From the NCBI GenBank assembly GCA_965202585.1, contig OZ241827.1:10788001-10852000 (forward strand): a DNA stretch of 64,000 bases, given 5' to 3'. Positions 24,422-35,877 of this stretch are shown here, piece by piece. Position 1 is the first letter of the stretch. Each line of letters begins with the position of its first letter. Position numbers and translations under genes: made by a program. The notes under the pieces were generated by a model. That model was not told where the DNA came from. It did no database searches and was given only the letters and a program-made list of their open reading frames with translations. This DNA comes from Thalia democratica. Lineage: Eukaryota.

Positions 24422-27326
24422 GAGCGATTTCTCCCAATGTTCAGTGTCTTGCGGGGACGGCGTGAAAGCGAGGACGAGGTCCAACACCTGCAATCCGGGG
24501 GAAATCGAATCCCAAACTGTCAAGTGCTCCAGCAGGGTTTGCAGCAAGAACTGCGAAGTCAAGTGGACGGACTGGACAGACTGCAATGATCAGTGTCAAG
24601 GTTTTAAAAATAAAATAATATAAATAAATAAGTTGGTGGTTTTATGAGATATTTGGACTGACTCTAACGATCAGTGTCAAGGTTTGGAAGATAAAATTAT
24701 ATAAATAAATAAGTTGGTGGTTTTATGAGATATTTGGGCTGAATCTAACGACCAGTGTCAAGGTTCGAACAGAAAAAAATGTATAAACAAGTTTTATTGT
24801 TGGTGGTTTTCTAAAATATTTGGATTGACTCTAACGATTAGTGTCAAGGTTTGGAAGATAAAATAAAATGTATCAATAATTTTTAATGTTGGTGACTTTC
24901 TAAACTATTTGGACTGATTGAAATAACTAATATCAACTAAAAAATGATGTAGACATACTAAGTCAAGTTTTATAGCAGTAGAAATATTATTTTACATCAA
25001 CTTTTAACTTTGAAGTATTTCATAGTTTTAATTTTAGTTGCACTGATAATTTTTGTTGTATTAAACTTTTAGTGTTTAGTTTATGAATCAAACAAGCCAA
25101 TTGTATAAAATAAACACTTTTTAGTTTTGAAATTCATCAGATAAATATTACTATACCGATATTTACAGTATCTTTTCAATGTTGTTATACTACTTAACAC
25201 AGCTTTTTACTTTAAATTTAAAATAAAAATTTAACTAAATACGTGTACTTACTAAACCCTGGCACTTGGATGGAAAAAAAATTAGAAAACCTGGATAAAA
25301 TGTGCCTAAAAGCAATGGCAACCCTGCTAACCAAATCTTTTAGAATTAAAAAAAAACTATAAAACCAAATATCTCTTTATAAAATTTAAATATTATAAAT
25401 TCAAGCTTTATATTGCATATATATATGTATATATATATATATATATATATTGTTTTTTCACAGGCGAAAGAGTTAGAAGATAGTAAGTTCTTGTAACGGG
25501 AATGTTATCATGGAGCAAAAACAAGAGTTCTCTGAAATAAGTAAGCAAATATTTTAGTTCTAAAATAGTTATGATACAACCAACTGTGTAAATTTTGTTT
25601 TGTTTTTAAGGTAGAAAAAATTTCTCGATAACTTTAATACTGTTGAATCAGTAAAAACTATCTAAATTAGACACTGACAGAAAATTCTAAAAAAAACAAC
25701 TTCTGTATATCAACATACGAGTGCCAACTATTATATCCTTCTGTACAAACTTATAAATTTCAAACCTTTTTACATAAATATATATATATTTAACTGTTTA
25801 AAATCTAATTTACTAAAAGTTTTACAAAAAACCATTGATATTTTCTAAAAGATAGTTTTGCGTATATGTATTGTTAACTATTAATATTTTTTAATACTTT
25901 TCTTCACAGACACATCTGAATTGACAAATTGGACTCCTTGGTCGAGTTGTTCATCCGTTTGTTACTCAGGAACTCAGAAAAGAAGCAGAAAACAAATTTG
26001 TCCCGCTTTGACTCAAGTGAGAAGCGTTTTTGTATTATTTTTTTTACGTTTATCTGAAGCGAAGTTGTGGTAAAGAGAAAAATATTTAACTCAATATAAG
26101 AAGCATTTTTAGTACGTCTTGGAGTTTTTAAAACAGTTGAAAGCAAAAACTACTTTGTTGATAACGGCAACAAAAAAAACATACCCGTGTTTAATCAATA
26201 AAATACATTTTAAGTATATCGTAAACGTTTAACTATCTGTACAATATATCAGTATATATAACGTTTTTATACCTTTCGAGATACTTTAGAGTTTTGTGTG
26301 AAATTGATCTCAGTTGAAAGATTTTTAGCTAATAATTTTTTTTTTAAAACCCAAAAAATCAAACCGTTTTCGGTTTAAAAATATAAAGTATAACAACAAT
26401 GGGTTTATTTAATTTACTAAACAGGTTTTATTTACAATTTTACAACTCAAGTACAACAATTAACAGCAACAAAAGTAGAAAGTCAACTAATGTGTAAACT
26501 GTCAAAAACAGTACTGTGGAAGCACTTATGTTAAACCTTTTTTCGTAGTTTGAAAAAAACTTTAGTATTGTAGCACTTATAACAAATACTATTTAGTAAA
26601 ACTAAGAACAGTACTATAGAAGCACTTTTAACAAATACTATTTCGTAGCACCAAGAACAGTACTGCGGCAGCGGAGCAGGTTGGGGCGAGTACTCGAAGT
26701 GGTCAGTTTGTTCGGTGAGCTGCGGGCAAGGAGTCAGAAAGAGAACGAGAACACATCCCTGCCGTGAGTAACTACCTTAATATGCTAATATGTGTTTATG
26801 ACGTATGGTATAATGAATTACTTTTATGTAGTAAATAATTTTCAACTGTAAGTGACATTTTATAAAAGCGTAGAAGTTTCTTAAATAATATTTTTTAAAA
26901 ACTCAAAGTTCAGCTCAAAGTGTCATTTGACAAAATTAAAGTTTTTTTATCACACATTAATAAATCAACTTCAACAAAAATTGAAAATTTAACTTCACGC
27001 TCGAATGAACAGCCGATGACGTCATGGGGAGCGGTGCCGAGGATCAAACAGAAATTTGCCGAGGCGAATGCCGAACTTCATCGGACGTTCAGGCGCTCCC
27101 CTCCGTCATCAGCTTCGACCCCAAAAAAGATGACGTCACAATGCATCATCACCATCACGACGGATCGGGACATCACCACGGGGACGAGGCGGGTCACAGC
27201 GGCAGCGAGATGGATCGCCATGACAACGGGGCGTTGGGGGCGGCGGAGAAGGTTTTGGGGTCGAAAGTCGAGGACACGAGCGTGCAGGACGTTTTGAAAA
27301 TAATACAAGCCCAGTTGGTCGGGTGA
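24422..27326 (+). CDS. 3' part of a thrombospondin type-1 repeat protein with His-rich C-terminal tail; exons 24422-24600, 25464-25540 (1-nt frameshift), 25910-26016, 26649-26763, 27013-27326; 5' exons not located
   Basis: TSP1 motifs [75 protein letters not shown]. All exons are AG/GT bounded with compatible phases except the 77-nt exon, which needs 78. The last exon ends [19 protein letters not shown]...QAQLVG*. Confidence 0.85.
24573..24915 (+). repeat. ~81-86 bp tandem repeat (4 full units + 1 partial) built from a TSP1 exon 3' end plus splice donor
   Basis: TGG.(C/T).GA.T..AA.GA..AGTGTCAAG|GTT recurs, with GT at 24601, 24682, 24763 and 24849. Confidence 0.85.
25256..25326 (-). mobile_element. 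Fragment of a repeat/MITE family ending in CAGGGTTGCCA
   Basis: TGGCAACCCTG end and AAAACCTGGA motif; related to the element starting CAGGGTTGTCA at 63108. Confidence 0.45.
25417..25450. repeat. (AT)n microsatellite
   Basis: About 17 AT units with one interruption, directly upstream of a splice acceptor. Confidence 0.9.
26505..26648 (+). repeat. Degenerate tandem echoes of the acceptor and 5' end of the following TSP1 exon (also at ~36738-36870)
   Basis: AACAGTACTGTGGAAGCAC (~26507) and AAGAACAGTACTATAGAAGCAC (~26604) copy the exon start AAGAACAGTACTGCGGCAGC; TTTCGTAG and AACAAATACTATTT also recur. Confidence 0.7.
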
Positions 27327-28044
27327 AAATAAATAAAATATAATCAAGTATTTTTGTTTATTTGTTTTTGTTGTAACGCTTTCGATGTGCCCATTTCAAA
27401 TGCTAACAGTTCTCTAAAAATCTAGCTTTTAAGTCAGATGGTATTAAGTTTAACATTTTCGAATTTCTTTTGTAGTTCATTTGAAAGTATTTGTTTTTAT
27501 AACACTAGACCAATAAATTAATTTTAAACGTTTCTATTTATCGTTTTTTCAAAATTTTCTGTTTTCCTTTACTTTTTTCAATATTCTTTAATTAAGCTAA
27601 AAAGAGAATAAAATGGTTAGACATCTATGTTTAATAACTAAAGTTTTTTTACTAGAGCCAAAAACAAAACTAAAAATGTAGTATCTATTAATTCACTTAA
27701 GCATACACAAATAACACCAATTTTCAGTAAAATTTTTATTTACATGATTAATAGAAATAATGAATAAAATGTAAATGAGTATGCAGTAAATTGAGCTACA
27801 ATTAAATAATCAGTTTCAATAAAATTCTGTAAGTCAATTGTGTCATAAAGGCGTTGTCAAAATGTAGTTTAAATCGTTTCCGAAAAATCAGTTGTAACTA
27901 AATTATTTGAGCTAAGTATTTCTACTATGTTTAGTGAACTAACTGTTAAAAATAAAAACATTTTAACAAGTAACTAATCAAAGTTCAAAATGCAGCAAAT
28001 ACTTTATTACTAAATTCAATTATCAAATGTCAAGTGTGATTGTT

Positions 28045-28307
28045 TTAAACAACTTCGCGCACCATCCATCTCATTGCCTTGAGTGCCATGACGTAATTGC
28101 TGGCGTCGAAATAATCCCAGTGCATAAACTCACCACCTGCATCTCCATCTGCTCCGTAAACCCCATTCATGTTTTGTGAAAGACAGGCGTTGAACCAGTT
28201 GCCTCCATTTCCCCACGAAGTAGCGCAATTTCCATTACTCCACCCGTCGTTGTCCACGTCGTACGAACTGAATTGCATGTTGTTGTGGCCCTCGAGTGCG
28301 TCATATC
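28045..28307 (-). CDS. Isolated but intact terminal exon of a fibrinogen-related domain (C-terminal ligand/Ca-binding part); candidate alternative last exon of the 45630-38259 gene
   Basis: [21 protein letters not shown]...NCATSWGNGGNWFNACLSQNMNGVYG...MRWMVREVV*; acceptor TTTATCAAACAG identical to the paralog and in the same phase; no upstream FReD exons seen between 28.5 and 35.9 kb. Confidence 0.8.
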
Positions 28308-31300
28308 CTGTTTGATAAAGTTTTATTTCTAAAGTTGAACACAAACAAAACTTTTATATAAAAAACTGAGTTATATATAAAACGCATCAAAATCTGTCTT
28401 ATAGCAAGTATTATTGGTTTACTGTTTAACCGTTTTTAATAACTATTGAACATACTATAATAAACTTTAAAAACAGTACTAAGTTGCAGTAGTCCTCCGG
28501 AGGAACTCTTGCTCCCGGACTTTTGCACAAATAACGAAAGCCGTCCTTTAGGCCAGGTCCTTATGCTGGTCGGCACCTAATTAGTTTTTTGTTTGATGTA
28601 CGAGTAAGTGTGCATCTTAGTCAAAACTAAATTTAACTATCACTTAACTAAAAGTTGAATTATTCATTATAACTATACTATAACATATAAATAAGTTAAT
28701 GTAATACACTGCATTGTTAACAATACAAATCATATACTTTTGTAAGTTGTATCTTTTGTGTAGAAGGTTTATACCTTGTTAGATAGAAACAAAGCTAAAT
28801 TTACATTTTCAATTTAAAAATTTAATACTTAGGTCTTAATTTGTATAAATAAAGTTTGTCCATTTTTGAAAATTAGAAACTAACGAAATACAGTTTTTGT
28901 CCACAATTTTTCAAGTAATCTGTTATTTTCAATTATTACGTCATCCGGTAGTCTCAAGTAATTTTTGCTGCATCTTATGTATTGAATTATAAGTTATCAA
29001 GTTTTCTTTTAAATTGCTCTATATTTTTAATTTAAGTAGTGCAAATTTTATATTGATTAATACAGTCATTAATAGCACTAATTATATGTACATAATAAGT
29101 ATTGGATAAGGTGTATCTTAATTAAATTAATATTTATAAATATGTATGGCAATTAACCCTCAAATATTCTATTGCTGCGTAAAACTTAAACTAATTTTAA
29201 AGTTACAATTAACTCTTAATCATTAACTATTAACTTCTTGCGCTGGATTATATGATTATTTCTAGTTTTATGTCTCAAACACTGTATGTATTTATCTATA
29301 CATTTAAAACATTGTCTCTTTTAAGTAATAATTACACTTTAATTATACATCCCATTTAGAGGCTTTATGAGTTTTAAGGTATTTTTAACATCAACCATTG
29401 TATAAAACTTTATTTATCATTAAACGTGTTTAGCAAAATTAATAATGGTAGTTACTAGCTCTGTACTTTTGATATTATAAATCAAATACCGTTACTCCAA
29501 CTAACTCTTATTTTGAGGTTATTATATTTAGTAACTTTCTACTTTTAGCAAATTTTTTTCAATTAAAGTAATTAATTTTTTTTTACTTATTGGTATAGAA
29601 TAGAACAAAATTGTGGGATAAGTTGTCAATTATGTCTTAATCGTTATTAAACATACCTTATTCTAACAATATTGAAAATAGATGAAATTTTGTAATTTAG
29701 TTGGTAGTTCATTATTTTGTTCGTATTGTTGTAAAGTTAATTAAAAGTTTATTTAATAAATATTCTCTCTCGTATATTAATAGCGTTTTTTATATTTCTA
29801 GAACGTTATTACATTTCAATTTTGTTGCTTCGTAACTTAGTTCTATTTCTAACTAAATACAGTCAATTATTACTATTTTGTTATCAGTCGTCATGTTGCT
29901 CTGGTTTGTATGATCATTTCTTTATGTCTTAAACAATACTTATTTAACCTTTTAGTAATGATTACACTTAAATTATAGTTGTTATTTAAAAGCTTTAAGA
30001 GTTATTCAGTCCAGTTTCAAGGTCTACATCAAATCTATTAAGTTGTTCAACCGTTATACATGACTTGCTTAATACTGATTTCGTATCTTTATCTAAAAAT
30101 AAATAGTTTTTAAAAGACAGCTAGCTTAAATTAAGTTTTGTTTTTTAATTTTAATAAATTCTCAATCCAGAAGCCATTTTAGTTTTGAGGTTTAGTTTTG
30201 TTACCTTTTACAGTAGTTTTGTAGTGCCATTTAGTAATTAAATATATTTTCAGTTTCTAGTGATTCCTTGCTTTGCTTAAATTAGACTTTTATTAAAAAT
30301 AACTATCAATATCCTAATTATTATTTTATTGCGCTGTTTTATATGATTATTTCCAATGTTATGTCTTAAAAAAGTTGTGTTTAACTTTAAATTTTCAAGA
30401 TTAAACTGTCCACAAAAGCGCGTATCTAGGAAATTTCGATCTTTAACTACCTACAACTCAACCTAATACAAACATGTTTATTATGTTTGTATATTTAATA
30501 AAATAATGTTTAAACAGTACTCTTTCTTCATTAAATTAATACATGTTTCTGTGAAATGATAAAAGAAAGTAAAAAAGTAGTACTGGTTGAATTGGTTTTT
30601 TATTATATTTTCCATGGAACTTGTTTCGCTAGGCTCTTTATTAGTGAACTTAAAACTTTTAATAGTTTATACATTTTCAAACGTTATACACCAGGTCGTG
30701 TTTAGTTCTTTTTAGTGCCTTTTAAGTCTATAAGGTTGTGTATATTATACATAATAGTATTATTTACTGGCAATAAGAAGAAAATTTCCTTAGTTTTGCA
30801 CGTTTTAAAGCGCGTCTACTAAGTTTAAACTTTTTTTAGTACCTTTTTTTTCTTGGTTGGCCTTAATACAGTTCTGTTTTTGAAATCTATTTGAAAAGAA
30901 AGGTTATAAAACTGTAATGAGGACTTATGTAGCCTTATTTTCTTTACTTTTAATTTGTTTATGGGTCAATTCAAGTTTTATTAACCAAAATACCAGTTAA
31001 AATTAAAGCAAAGTTCACTTATTTTTAAACTCTGCAACATGCTTGTCAACCTACTTAACTCACAAATTAATTACTTAAGCGTGAAATATTATGTTTGAAA
31101 CAAACAAACGTTATTTCTACATCTTTTGCTTGTATTTCTATTTCAGTATCATAAGTATGTTTTTAGGGTCCTTGGCTGAGTTTTAATGCGGATTTTAAAG
31201 GTCTTTTAGATTATTTTATACTTATTGTTATCTAGAACTTGATTTTAGCTCTTCAGTCTTATTTGTTTAAAGTTAATTCTTTTTTACTCTCTTATTTAGT

Positions 31301-31745
31301 TCTTTATCTAAGCAACAAGATATTAGAGTTACAGCTTTCCACTATACTAATGAAATTAAAATACGCCTTCAATAGCAATACTTAATTAGTAGTTATTTGT
31401 TTGCACTGTTTTCCACCTTAATGAAACAAATTGATTTGCAGTAAAAAATTCAAAAGCTTTTAAAGAGTTAAATAATGTTTTATTGAAATCTATTTAGTTA
31501 TATGAGCTTGCTAATTATTACGCCATCAGTTTGATTTGGACTAAAAAAATTTTACTTATACGTAAGGCCGTAGAAGTAAATTTACAGTATATTTTTTACA
31601 CAATATTGTTAATAACAGATTTAAATTACAAGTAAAGTTTTATGTTTTATAGTATGAATCCTGGCTGTCGTACTACAAATAATACAGTTTTGTTGTAGAC
31701 AGTCTGGTATTATTCTATAATAAACACTTCAACTTACTTTGTAAT

Positions 31746-33701
31746 TCCATCGGCTTCAAAAAGTACCACGTCGACCACCACAGGTTTGTGTTTAGTTTTA
31801 CTTGCTAGACTTTGAAACATGTATTTATTTGAACTTGTTCACACATCATAAGTTGAACTTTTCTTTCAAAATGTTTTACTAACCAAAAGTTTTTCAAATT
31901 TGTTTAACATACACCACTTGATAATGAAACTCGTATAGTTTTAAAAACGTTTGTGAAATGAAATATAAAACAAAAATGTAATTTTTATACACTTAGTTGC
32001 AAATGGTATATTATCTTACGTTATTTTTTATTTACATATTTTGTTTTTCTGTTTGAATTAGAGTTAAGACACCTACAAGGCGAATCGTTGTTTAATAAAA
32101 GAGTTCTTTGAAACCTTTAATTTTTGTTTTTATACAGCGCAAAGTTGGTATTTTATTCGATAATTTGTTTATTTTCAAAATAATTTTTTGTACTCACATG
32201 CGTAAGTTAGGTGTTTTTAAAATACTTTTTTTTATTATAGACCACTGCAGGGTTTTGTGTTAGAGGCTGATAGTATTCAGCAATGAAAGTTATTATTTTT
32301 GTTATTGGTATTTCCATGTATTCAAACTTGATTTATAGTATTTTTATTCAGTCTTCGACTTTTTTAATAGTTTTCTCGTCCTTAAAGTTAATACTTAGGT
32401 CTAAATTTGCATAAATAAATTTTGGCCATCTTTGAAAATTAGACACTAACGAAAGACAGTTTTTGTCCACAATTTTTCAAGTTATTTATTATTTTCACTT
32501 ACTTTCAATTATTACGTCATAATGTAGTCTCGTACAGTTTAAAATTAGTAATTTTGCTGCATTTTTATTTCAAAGTTATTCGAAAAGTTCAAGTGATAAA
32601 AAAATTAAAGTGTATTTTGTTTTTGCGAGTTTTTTTATCATTAAAAGTCAGAAAAAACGCATTAATCATTGGTAAATGGCCACGGATTTACGATAACAAA
32701 AGAGTACATGTGTTTTTATAAACCTTTAAAAATTTGCTGTTTTTAAAAGGTTTGGATTAGTGCATTGCAATAAAACTCACTAACTAGATTAAACTTACTT
32801 TCTTTTTCTTTTTTTTAATCACGTGCACACACTTAAACTTTCATTTTTTAAAAATAATTTTGTTAAGACGTTCACTGTGGAGAGTTTAAATTCTAGTGCA
32901 AACACATTACATCATTCTTAAATTTAAGTTAAATGTCACTAAATAAACTTGACACTAGTAAACAGTAATTCGTAAAGTTATAGCGTGTATTTACTTTAAA
33001 TAGGTATGAATGCTGTTTTTTCTAATGGTTATATAACTTTACACTTTTTGTATCCTAACAAACGATTTTACCAAACCAAAGCGCATTTATTATGAGAAAA
33101 CACAGTACTGTTAAAAACTTGTTGTCCTGTTCACTTTAATATGGTTTTTGTATCTTTTTGCATACAGTTTTTACTAAACTTTTTAAAACCCATCGTACCT
33201 TAAAAAATAAAAATAAATGTGATTGAAACTTTTTTCAATTTGAACTGTTGTACTAAATTACAATAATAGACAGTTTCAGGGTTTTCGGTATGTTTTGAAC
33301 AGCTGCATTTTAGATATTTTTCAAATATATTATTTGCGATTAATTTTGTTATTCAATATTTCTAGTATGTGTTTATTTGTAAGCAAGTTACCATAAAAAT
33401 GAAAAGATTCATAGAAAACTAGATGGCAAAAAGTTAAAGTTCATTAAAAAAATTTAATAAAAAATAACAATGCCATGGTGGAAGCCTGTATGGTAGCAAA
33501 CTGAAACTACTCAAAACATTTAAACTCAAATACCATTCAACGCAGGTACCTGGGCGGGGACAAGTTGGACGTGGACCTGCCAACGGAGCTGGAAGGTTAC
33601 CTGTTCAGCAACTCGTTCACCAAAATATTATGGCTCTTCCTCAACCCGCTCTTCTACACGTTGCGACCCATGGCCGTCAACCCCAAGCCCGTCACTGGTT
33701 G
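31746..33701 (+). pseudogene. DEGS1: Captured fragment of a sphingolipid delta-4 desaturase (DEGS/DES1-like) gene: 5'-truncated exon 31746-31783 and complete exon 33546-~33701, with the intron retained
   Basis: The spliced frame reads SIGFKKYHVDHHR|YLGGDKLDVDLPTELEGYLFSNSFTKILWLFLNPLFYTLRPMAVNPKPVTGW, which aligns with the DEGS second His-box region (SISFKRYHMDHHRYLG...DVDIPTDFEG...QPLFYAFRP...NPKP, recalled from memory). GT at 31784, AG at 33544-33545. The other exons were not found in the window. Confidence 0.85.
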
Positions 33702-34342
33702 GTGATTGGTTGACTGTAGTTTTGGTTTGTTACGAGTTTTCTCAGCTTTGGTTATTTTTCTGCGCATTGAAAACTGCAAGTTCAAAAGAATAAAGTTTAT
33801 TTTTTGTATTGTGTTACTTATTTATAAAAAAGTTCTTGGGAAAAATGTATTTATAAAATATTTATATAAAGGAAAATAATTAAGATTATTGCTTAGTTTA
33901 TAATATGTGTATTCGGAATTTGTTAAAAATTTTACAAATTGTTTGTTTTCCTTGTAACGTCTTCAGCTTTTGATTTACATCAATAGCAATAAAGTTTGTT
34001 TAATTTTGTCTTTATACATAACTTTTTGGTACACCTTCAAATTAACTCCATTGTGCTTATTCCAATAAAATATTTTGAGTTCGAGTTTAATTGATAGTTG
34101 CCAAACTTTATATTCAATTTTTGGCATAAGCACTATAAATAGTGAACAATTTGATAATATAATAAACTAATTAAGTTATACGCACTTAAGCATTGTTTTG
34201 TAACTGAAGATGTTCTGTATAAATAAACATTGTACAATAGCTATAATTAAAAACATAAAACGTTTAAAACTTTTCAGAAATGTTTATAATGATTAGTTTA
34301 TATTGATAAGTATATTTTTATCAAAAATATGTGCTTAAAGTT

Positions 34343-34695
34343 TATTTTGTTATACTTAATAATGGAGTATCTTATAATTTCTTAAACTTGAGGTCTAAAT
34401 TAAACTTTATATTTTTAATGATTAGTATGTTTTTATTTAATGAATCTCGTTTGTAATTTAATTTAAATTTCAAGTATATTTTGTTATACTTGATAATGGA
34501 GTATCTTATAATTTCTTAAGCTTGAGGTCTAAATTAAACTTTATATTTTTAATGATTAGTATGTTTTTATTTAATGAATCTCGTTTGTAATTTAATTTAA
34601 ATTTCAAGTATATTTTGTGATGCTTTATAATGGAGCATCTTATAATTTCTTTAACTTGAGGTCTAAATAAAACTTTATATTTATAATGAATAGTA
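34343..34695. repeat. 134-bp tandem repeat, about 2.6 copies
   Basis: TATTTTGT(T/G)AT.CTT..TAATGGAG.ATCTTATAATTTC starts at 34343, 34477 and 34611. Confidence 0.9.
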
Positions 34696-35877
34696 TATAT
34701 TAGTATAGTATTTATAACATTTTTAAGTATAAGAAAAAAAAAACAGATTATTGCTTAGTTTGTAATATGTGTATTCCGAATATGCAAAAAGTTTTCTTGT
34801 AACGTCTTAAGCTTTTTATTTACATCAATAACGTATAGGGTTTTGTATTATTTAAAACAACAATTCGGTCAAAGAAAATGAGTACGTATTTATATGAAAG
34901 CGTTGAAAATCCTCATAAATAATTGATAGTTTGTAAGTTGAGGCAGAACAACTTAGAATAAAGAATTTTGACTTTGTGGACCGATATTGTAATGTATTGA
35001 AATTTCTTTAAACCTGGAAAAAAATTACATTTGTGTAACCGAGATTAAGCATTTATAAAGAATCAGCTTGGACTGTAAACAATGTTAATAACCGAAGAAT
35101 TCTCCTATAAAACTGAATGGTAAACGTGATATGTTTTAATTACCGAGATTAATTAAACAAAACAAAAGACCTAAAATCGATTCAACTGTCTTTTTCATAC
35201 CAATCAGAAATTATATTAAATTGAATGAATTCTTGAAGTTTGCTATTTATTTACTCAAGCCCAATTATACACCTATTTTTATATGTTTTATCGATCACAG
35301 ACTTTTAAGTATACCTCAAAACTATTCTATCAATACATTCTGAACAAAATCAGTTATTCAAATATACATTAATTTTTTTTAAATCATATAATCATATGAT
35401 CTAACAAACGCATAACAATACAGTTAAAAGCAATGATTATTTAAAAGTTGAATAATCTTTAAACAAATTAAAAATAACATTTTTTACTATTATTGTTTTA
35501 ATGCCACTCCCACGTTACTTGCAAATTAACTTACAAATACAAAATTTATAGTTATATAAAAACTTGACATATAAATAGAGTCTAAAAGTAATATATAGTT
35601 AGCTTAATTAACTTTGTTATCTACAGTATTACCTTAAATATATGTTTTTTACAGTTTAAAAACCAAAGTAGTTTCTAAACAACAGTAATATTTTAATAAC
35701 TTTAAAGACATGTAAAATTTTTCAAAGAAAATAAAACAGCTTGTAGATTTAGTTTTCATTTAAATATATATTACTTATTGAAAAATAATAAAAAACTACA
35801 TTAATCAGAATTGTAGGAATTTGAATTAATGTGAACTTCATTTAATTAGTGAATGTAAGAAAGAACTCGATAGATAA

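Larger units (their letters stand above)
25698..28485. repeat. 2.8-kb segmental duplication, copy 1 (convergent TSP1 3' end and FReD 3' end)
   Basis: Colinear with 35878-38697 from AACTTCTGTATATCAACATACGA to AAACAGTACTAAGTT; non-coding parts are about 90-96% identical by eye. Confidence 0.95.

Noticed and set aside
24573-24915. CRISPR-like repeat-spacer appearance
   Set aside because: The spacers are homologous to each other, the repeat derives from an exon end, the context is eukaryotic and there are no cas genes.
24386-27347. ORFs 24386-24586(-), 25904-26146(-), 26920-27297(+) and 27078-27347(-), and their copies 37251-37532 and 37313-37582
   Set aside because: Shadows or alternative frames of GC-rich TSP1 exons; splice phase selects the TSP1/His frame.
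28486-28580. GC-rich island with palindrome CCTCCGGAGG at the duplication breakpoint (possible Helitron end or exon)
   Set aside because: No hairpin+CTRR terminus or recognisable peptide could be established; left unassigned.
34860-35250. Possible decayed transposase (ILTLWTDIV...KKLH)
   Set aside because: Many stops, and similarity too weak to call without a search.
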